From the NCBI GenBank assembly GCA_041659505.1, contig JBAZYF010000001.1, positions 321,719 to 385,718 on the forward strand: 64,000 nt of DNA, in the 5' to 3' direction. This stretch comes from Parcubacteria group bacterium (GTDB lineage: Bacteria; Patescibacteriota; Minisyncoccia; Moranbacterales; UBA2206). Of the stretch, positions 58,144-64,000 are shown piece by piece. Each line of letters opens with the position of its first letter. Position 1 is the first letter of the stretch. Made by a program: the position numbers and the translations under genes. The notes beneath the pieces were generated by a model. It ran no database searches, was not told where the DNA came from, and worked only from the letters and a program-made list of their open reading frames with translations.

Positions 58144-59967
58144 TTACCATCCTCCCCCACCACCGCCTCCTCCGCCACCGCCTGAACCGCCGCCACCGCC
58201 AGCACCTGAGCCGGAAGAAGTATTGGCGGCCATTGCCGAAGACAAGCTGTCGATCTGCGATGAAAAACTATCCGCGTCAAAGGATGCAAGACTGCTACCA
58301 ACAAACCAACCAGGGTGATAGGAATTGAAATAATCTTCGCCATAGATTTCTTTCATTTTCTTAATCCAGAGTTTCGTCATTCCAAACATAATCGCGTAGG
58401 GTAAAAGTTTTTCAAAAATATTTTCTTTCTCATAAAATTGGTCACGGTACTTTTCTGCCGTTTCCATGTAGAGCTTGAAACCTTGCGTTTTCCAAAAAAC
58501 TTCAGCCCCAGAAGATGTTCTTTTGGGCATCAAAAAGGCGAAAATAAAGAGAATAATCGTAGTGAAGATCATTGCCGGCAAACTCAGAAAGGAATAAGCC
58601 GCAAGGATAAATGTCAAAAACACAAAAGCAACACCTAAAATCAAAAAGGCGACTTGGAAACTCAAGCCAGCAACTTCGATAAACTTTTTCTCCTCCAAGT
58701 TTTTTATGGTTTCTTTTTTAATCTTCGATATGCTTTGGTAAAACTTATTGCGAAGCGACGAAAGCATCACTTCGTCTTTCCCTGAAAATACACCTTCGAT
58801 CAAAACTTGCTCCGGCTGGGAAAGTTCGGCTATTCTTGCCTGATCAATTATTTTCAATCGAAAATCTTTGCCGATATGCAAAAAATTCAAGGTCTTTTCT
58901 ATGAAACTTTTTTGCTTGTCTGAAAATTCAGAGACCACTTCCTTAGCGGGACCATCCGGCACAGAATCAAGTCCTTCGGTCTCCTCGATCTGGATAATTT
59001 TTTTGACTGCCAGATTGATGATTGCGGCGGTGATATATTCATTCTTTAATGTTCCATTGAAAAAAAGCGTCCCCAATTCCAATGGAGAAAGCTTTTCCGG
59101 CACATCAAACTCAGTGATGATTGTTTTGTCCATTCTGGGATCTTTGCCATATTTATTCCAAAGGCCGAAGCAAATTGCAAAAGCGACAAGCGGAATGATA
59201 AACCAAAGATAAAAAGCATACTTTTCAATAAACGTCGGGGCATAGGGCGTGAAAATATTTTTCGAGAAAGTGATTGAGGCCGTGATTCCTTCGCCAATAC
59301 CAAGCATGCCAGTTGACTGGAATTGCAAGATATTATCGCTGATCCAAGAATAATTGGCACCAGCCTGGCTTTTACTGCCAATACTGCCGGTATAATAATC
59401 CACTTTAGTATTATTTTTTGTGACTTCAGCAGGAAAAACTATTGTGCCAGTAAAGTTGTCTGTTTCAATGTCCCAAAAATTACCGTTCAAGTTCCAATAA
59501 AGCTCGTCAAAAGCAGGATTATCAAAAAGGATGGTATTTTTTATTTTATAGGTTATGAGATAATTATTCACTCCGGTCACGGTCCGATCAGGATCACCAA
59601 TCTTCCACGTCACCGTATTATTCGAATAGTTTTTTTGCGTGGAATATTGCAAGCTTTTTCCAGCAAAATCCGTGATACTCACAAGTTCGACCGGCATCGA
59701 GATTGTTTCGTCCGTCGTACGAAAAACAGTCGGCAAAGTGCGGAAAATTCCGTGTTTGCCGGAAGCCATCCCACAATCAGCTGTGATTCTCTCTGCGATG
59801 AGTAATGTTGAATCTTTGTTGACTAAAATTTCTGATTGAAAATCTTTGATATACCAATCAGTGACATTGGTCCGCGCAGTAACAGCAGCTCGCGCGTCGA
59901 CTCCAAAAAGCGAGAATGCCAATCCAGCTACAATCAAAACAAAAAAGTATTTTCTCATATAATTCAT
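58144..59967 (-). CDS. DUF2207 membrane protein
   Basis: HGIFR, ELYWN, LPYAIMFG, Gly-rich ...GGGGGGGGGGW end. Confidence 0.9.
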   Translation of the reverse strand: MNYMRKYFFVLIVAGLAFSLFGVDARAAVTARTNVTDWYIKDFQSEILVNKDSTLLIAERITADCGMASGKHGIFRTLPTVFRTTDETISMPVELVSITDFAGKSLQYSTQKNYSNNTVTWKIGDPDRTVTGVNNYLITYKIKNTILFDNPAFDELYWNLNGNFWDIETDNFTGTIVFPAEVTKNNTKVDYYTGSIGSKSQAGANYSWISDNILQFQSTGMLGIGEGITASITFSKNIFTPYAPTFIEKYAFYLWFIIPLVAFAICFGLWNKYGKDPRMDKTIITEFDVPEKLSPLELGTLFFNGTLKNEYITAAIINLAVKKIIQIEETEGLDSVPDGPAKEVVSEFSDKQKSFIEKTLNFLHIGKDFRLKIIDQARIAELSQPEQVLIEGVFSGKDEVMLSSLRNKFYQSISKIKKETIKNLEEKKFIEVAGLSFQVAFLILGVAFVFLTFILAAYSFLSLPAMIFTTIILFIFAFLMPKRTSSGAEVFWKTQGFKLYMETAEKYRDQFYEKENIFEKLLPYAIMFGMTKLWIKKMKEIYGEDYFNSYHPGWFVGSSLASFDADSFSSQIDSLSSAMAANTSSGSGAGGGGGSGGGGGGGGGGGW

Positions 59968-60070
59968 TTTATTTTTAATAGCTCAATCTTAACATACAAA
60001 TGGCTTTTTAAAAAAATAAAGGGGTGTGGGTTATAAAATTAAAACTCACACCCCACCTGAAATGAACGTA

Positions 60071-60472
60071 TCAACCATAGGCCACCTCTTTTTTAGAAAG
60101 AAGAGGCCAAGCACACTGAGTTATGCGATCTTCTTCATCCAACTTATATGCGCCACATCTTTCCGCCACCTTTGTCGGCTTAAGTATCACCCTATTGATC
60201 AACCGGCACACATTGCCACAGACACCTGCGCCCACAAAGAAGCTCCTGACACAATTACTACAACTTCTTGTTATTAAAGCTACCTCCTTTTTGCATTCAT
60301 CACAAAGCATCGTAGTTGTAAATTCATCCGTTTGATCGAACAGACACCGACACTTCATGATGCAGTTATCATCACAAAACATCAGCATTCTGACTCTGCA
60401 TCCGATCGACGACTTACATCTATAGCATCCGAAATACTCATCATTAACATTAAGCCTTGCACTTTCTCTCAT
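60071..60472 (-). CDS. Cys-rich small protein (ORFan)
   Basis: Multiple CxxC; SD aaggag; terminator at about 60011-60055. Confidence 0.6.
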   Translation of the reverse strand: MRESARLNVNDEYFGCYRCKSSIGCRVRMLMFCDDNCIMKCRCLFDQTDEFTTTMLCDECKKEVALITRSCSNCVRSFFVGAGVCGNVCRLINRVILKPTKVAERCGAYKLDEEDRITQCAWPLLSKKEVAYG

Positions 60473-60484
60473 ATCTTCTCCTTT

Positions 60485-60682
60485 CTAAGCATGCCCATCT
60501 ATGCGATGATAGCAGGGGTTTTTACATGCTTCGTGAAATTCGGTTAATATTATTTCCGGGGTAGTTTTATCCCAGATGCAATTAAGCAGGAAACAACGCC
60601 CTTCGCACCATCTGTTTAGAATAAAAACACAGCCGACATTTTTGCCACATACTGGACAAACAAAAAGTACGGTTGAAGACAT
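60485..60682 (-). CDS. Cys-rich small protein (ORFan), paralog of the N-domain of 60071-60472
   Basis: FxCxxCx4GCx7Cx3C pattern; SD aaggagg. Confidence 0.6.
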   Translation of the reverse strand: MSSTVLFVCPVCGKNVGCVFILNRWCEGRCFLLNCIWDKTTPEIILTEFHEACKNPCYHRIDGHA

Positions 60683-60756
60683 AAAATCAATCCTCCTTTT
60701 TTTCTTTTTTTATGCCAAAGCTATTACACCTTTGGGCATAATCCAAATCTCTATTT

Positions 60757-61080
60757 TTAGGAAATACCGAACAACCACCAACTTCCTTTGCACTTAAGAC
60801 AACTTTTTTCCTCAGGAGATGTGTCTGTGACTAAATCGACGACTTCATCGATTTTTTGACATGAAGTATTTCCCTTGCTCGTCGCAATTTCCACATATCC
60901 CCAAGAAAAAACGCCAGGATCTCCCTTCGCTCGTGCCTTAGTACATTTTGGATTTTTATCGTTATCCAGAATTGTCGGAATTTCTGGATACAGCGGACAA
61001 TCTCCTGCCAGCGACCTTTTTTCCAGAGAGCAACGACTTCCTCTGAAAATTCCACATTCTCCACAGCAGATATCATTCAT
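60757..61080 (-). CDS. Cys-rich small protein (ORFan)
   Basis: CCGEC...C...CP...CLKC; SD aaaggag. Confidence 0.6.
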   Translation of the reverse strand: MNDICCGECGIFRGSRCSLEKRSLAGDCPLYPEIPTILDNDKNPKCTKARAKGDPGVFSWGYVEIATSKGNTSCQKIDEVVDLVTDTSPEEKSCLKCKGSWWLFGIS

Positions 61081-61409
61081 AATTCTTACTCCTTTAGCTA
61101 GAATTAAGAAAATACAAATACCACAAATTGTTAAAGAAACAAAAAACCGGTTCCCTCCTAGGACCGGCTTTGGTTTTTGTAAAATGATTTTTCTCTATGC
61201 GCTAATCTTCATTTCTCAAAAACCAAAGCCGGCCGGTGGTAATCCCGGACATATTATTATTGACTCGCTTGGTTGTTTGATAAATACTGTGCATGCGATA
61301 AATATAGCAAACGGTCAAATTCTGTCAATAGTCGCTACGTTCTGTCAAAGCCTTCCCTATTTCGGAGTATTGCGATATAATAGGAAAGTAATTTTTAAAC
61401 TTAAATTTA

Positions 61410-62591
61410 ATGGGAAGTAAGAAAAAAACTATCGCGATTATTGTTGTAATAATACTGATTGCGGGTGGTGGTTATTGGTTTTTCAAAAACCAAAATCAGC
61501 AGGCAGCGAAAAAACAAATTGATCTTAACCCTAAAAAGGCCGCACAAACTGGTCCGCTCAATAGTGAAAACGTCAGCCCGATTTCCGGATTGGCTTGTGA
61601 GAATTGGAAAAATCGTTCCGTAGCAGTTATGCAACCAGCTGATGTGCTCGCGAGACCAGCCGCCGGATTTTCACAGGCTGACATGGTAATTGAAATGCCC
61701 GCCTACACTTCTTCTGTGACACGCCTGATGGGAGTCTATCTTTGCGACATTCCAAAAGAAATTGGCGCAATTAGAAGTGCCCGCCATGACTACATCGCCC
61801 TTGCCAAGGGACTTGATTCCGTGTATATCAATTGGGGTGGTTCGCATTTCGCGCTAGATCTTTTGAAAGACAAAACACTGATTGATAACATTGATTGCTT
61901 AGTTTATTCTGGAAAATATTGCGATCGTTGGGATTGGAAAAATGACCCCAAGATGCGGATGGAAGACTCCGGCCACGTCAAAGCGGAAAAAGTACAGCAA
62001 GCCATGACTGACTTGGGCTATCGGACGGAAAATAAATTTGTCGGCTATCCCCATCAAGCGGAAACTCCGCTCGAAGACCGGCCCAGTGGCGGACATCTGC
62101 GTGTCGCCTTTGCCAATCCCTACGATGCTACCTACGACTACGACAAAGCCACCAATTCCTATCTGCGCACCTGGGATGAAACAGCCGACACAGACCGAAA
62201 CAACGGCCAAAGATTGGCACCAAAAAATGTCGTCGTAATTTTTGCTAAATCGGAACAAATCACCAATACCCAAGATTATGTCGGCCAAGGCTTGCAAGAT
62301 CCATGGAAGAATGTCGAAGAAATCAAAAAAACCGGCGTCGAAAGCATCAGTGGGCGCTATAATAATGTGGAAATTGGCGACCCGTGGTACGATGCAACAG
62401 ACTCTGGCGAAGCGCACTATTATATGAATGGAAAAGAAATGACCGGCACTTGGAAAAAAGACCGTTCCAGCCTAGACAGCAAGCTCTTTTTCTATGACCA
62501 GAGCGGACAAGAGATTCAGTTCGTGCCCGGACAGATCTGGCTGGAAATCTTGGAGCCTGGACAAAATCTAAAATGGACTCCAGCAGAATAA
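61410..62591 (+). CDS. DUF3048 domain membrane-anchored protein
   Basis: SPISG, AVM, AD.V.E, TRL, G.IRSAR.DY, GGS, PGQIW. Confidence 0.85.
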   Translation: MGSKKKTIAIIVVIILIAGGGYWFFKNQNQQAAKKQIDLNPKKAAQTGPLNSENVSPISGLACENWKNRSVAVMQPADVLARPAAGFSQADMVIEMPAYTSSVTRLMGVYLCDIPKEIGAIRSARHDYIALAKGLDSVYINWGGSHFALDLLKDKTLIDNIDCLVYSGKYCDRWDWKNDPKMRMEDSGHVKAEKVQQAMTDLGYRTENKFVGYPHQAETPLEDRPSGGHLRVAFANPYDATYDYDKATNSYLRTWDETADTDRNNGQRLAPKNVVVIFAKSEQITNTQDYVGQGLQDPWKNVEEIKKTGVESISGRYNNVEIGDPWYDATDSGEAHYYMNGKEMTGTWKKDRSSLDSKLFFYDQSGQEIQFVPGQIWLEILEPGQNLKWTPAE

Positions 62592-62608
62592 TTTAGTGAA
62601 AAATATCG

Positions 62609-63583
62609 ATGATTATTTTTTTCTACGGCGATGACGCTTTCCGGTCAAGTGAAAAAGTACTGGAAATAAAAAATAAGTTTTCTCTCAATGACAAATCCAA
62701 CGCGGGTTTGTCTTTGTTTGATGCGACTGATTCAAAAACCGGCGCACTGGAAAAAATGCGCTCCGCCCTTTCAGCTTCCGGACTGTTCTCCACCAAAAAA
62801 TTATTCATCGCCAAAAATATCATCACGGAAACTCCAACTGACGAACAGGCCAAGCTCCTGAAATTTCTGAAAGACAATATTGAAAAAATAAAACTCGACG
62901 CTGACGCGGTCGTGATCTTTTGGGAAAAAGGCAGCCCGCGAAAAAACAATGCACTGTTCAAATTTCTCCTGGAGAATGCTAAGAAACAAAATTTTGAAAA
63001 ACTCACAGGACTAAAGTTAAGCCAATGGATTTTGGCAAAAATTAAAGAGGCCTCTCTAGAAGCCTCTATTTCAAAATCCGCTTTGGAAAAACTGATCACC
63101 TATGTCGGCAATGACACAGCTCTGCTGACGCAGGAAATTGAAAAATTAATCGACTATTCTGAGACGGAGTTGATCAGTGACGCGACGGTTGATCTTTTAG
63201 TCAAAGCCGAAATGGATAATAATATTTTCGAAACAATCGAAGCGATGTCCGCCAATAGAAAGCCCAAAGCACTGGAACTGTTCCATCGCCATCTCGACCA
63301 GGGCGACGATCCGTTCTATCTTTTTTCGATGCTTGTCTACCAATTTAGAAATCTTTTGCGCATTGCTTCGCTCCAAGAAAATGGAATTTTTAGCGAATTT
63401 GAAATCGCAAAACAATCCAAGCTCCATCCCTATGTGGTGAAAAAAAGCATGAATCAGGCCAGAAATTTCGGCGAAAAAAAACTGATTGCCATCCACAAAA
63501 AACTCGGCGCACTCGACGCAAAAATCAAAACCGGCCAAGCCGATATCAAATTGTCTTTGGATAAATTTATTGTGGAATTATAA
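62609..63583 (+). CDS. holA: DNA polymerase III subunit delta
   Basis: FFYGDD.F, GLF...KL, G.D...L..EIEKL, IF...A, HPYV, D..IKTG. Confidence 0.9.
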   Translation: MIIFFYGDDAFRSSEKVLEIKNKFSLNDKSNAGLSLFDATDSKTGALEKMRSALSASGLFSTKKLFIAKNIITETPTDEQAKLLKFLKDNIEKIKLDADAVVIFWEKGSPRKNNALFKFLLENAKKQNFEKLTGLKLSQWILAKIKEASLEASISKSALEKLITYVGNDTALLTQEIEKLIDYSETELISDATVDLLVKAEMDNNIFETIEAMSANRKPKALELFHRHLDQGDDPFYLFSMLVYQFRNLLRIASLQENGIFSEFEIAKQSKLHPYVVKKSMNQARNFGEKKLIAIHKKLGALDAKIKTGQADIKLSLDKFIVEL

Positions 63584-63638
63584 ATAAATTTATCCCTGCC
63601 ACTAAAGAAAACCTTGCTAAAAAAATGTCTAGCATTAG

Positions 63639-63810
63639 GTGTCATTCCCGCGGAGGCGGGAATCCAGGTTCCACTAATTATAAAAGTTTTAGAAAGTCGA
63701 GCTGCAAGTGCAATAAACTTTCTATTTAGGCAAGTCTTGAATTTTAATAATTCGTTTTTCTTTATTTTTAACTTGAGGTGACTGGATTCTCGCCTCCGCG
63801 GGAATGACAC
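63639..63810. mobile_element. MITE-like element, family C copy 3
   Basis: gtgtcattcccgcggaggcgggaatccag ... ctggattctcgcctccgcgggaatgacac. Confidence 0.8.
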
Positions 63811-63864
63811 AATAAAAAAAACGGCAGTTTATAGACTTGCCGCAAGTCTTCGATGACGATAGAA

Positions 63865-64000
63865 TCATTTAAAAAAAGATTCTACCGCCCTCAATGATCC
63901 CTCGAACCGCAGGAAGTATTGGTGGCAATAACCGCCACACGTCCCGCGACAATTCGGGGGCATGAAATAGTCGTAATAAATTCTATGCAACAGTACCTCC
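63865..64000 (-). CDS. Possible 3' end of a Cys-containing ORFan, partial
   Basis: ...EVLLHRIYYDYFMPPNCRGTCGGYCHQYFLRFEGSLRAVESFFK* followed by a hairpin and U-tract. Confidence 0.3.
   Translation of the reverse strand, partial: EVLLHRIYYDYFMPPNCRGTCGGYCHQYFLRFEGSLRAVESFFK

Noticed and set aside
1-64000. Alternative genetic code (TGA=Gly as in Gracilibacteria/SR1), and the many short antisense ORFs
   Set aside because: Conserved genes are full length under code 11 and some end in TGA; the short overlapping ORFs are shadows of real genes.

Overview
64-kb chromosomal segment of an AT-rich bacterium using the standard code. Gene content and style point to Patescibacteria/CPR, probably a Parcubacteria such as Moranbacteria (inference): three TrmB-like regulators, LemA/HtpX/DUF2207, DUF3048-holA, SD-less leaders. 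Core genes: pyk, murE, femX-like, ruvA, polA, mutM, holA, msrB/A, htpX, lemA and five tRNAs. Accessory parts: (i) a defence-like island beside the tRNA cluster (AbrB-like, truncated MmeI-type R-M gene, PD-(D/E)xK nuclease plus large helical protein, RhuM); (ii) a Schlafen/AlbA_2 gene followed by tRNA-Ser, tRNA-Cys, a PvcA/Dit1-like ORF and a HEPN-like ORF; (iii) a 2675-aa Kelch/FN3 surface protein coupled to a MacB/LolCDE-like ABC transporter, downstream of a histidine kinase with a canonical EF-hand loop; (iv) several minus-strand ORFan expression cassettes that share a consensus promoter, boxA-like motif, strong SD and homologous terminator ends, often back-to-back with TrmB-like regulators; (v) many MITE/REP-like repeats, several inserted in frame into housekeeping enzymes. 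No CRISPR array, rRNA, intact transposase/integrase or reverse transcriptase was seen. Family calls come from motif recognition by eye, not database searches.
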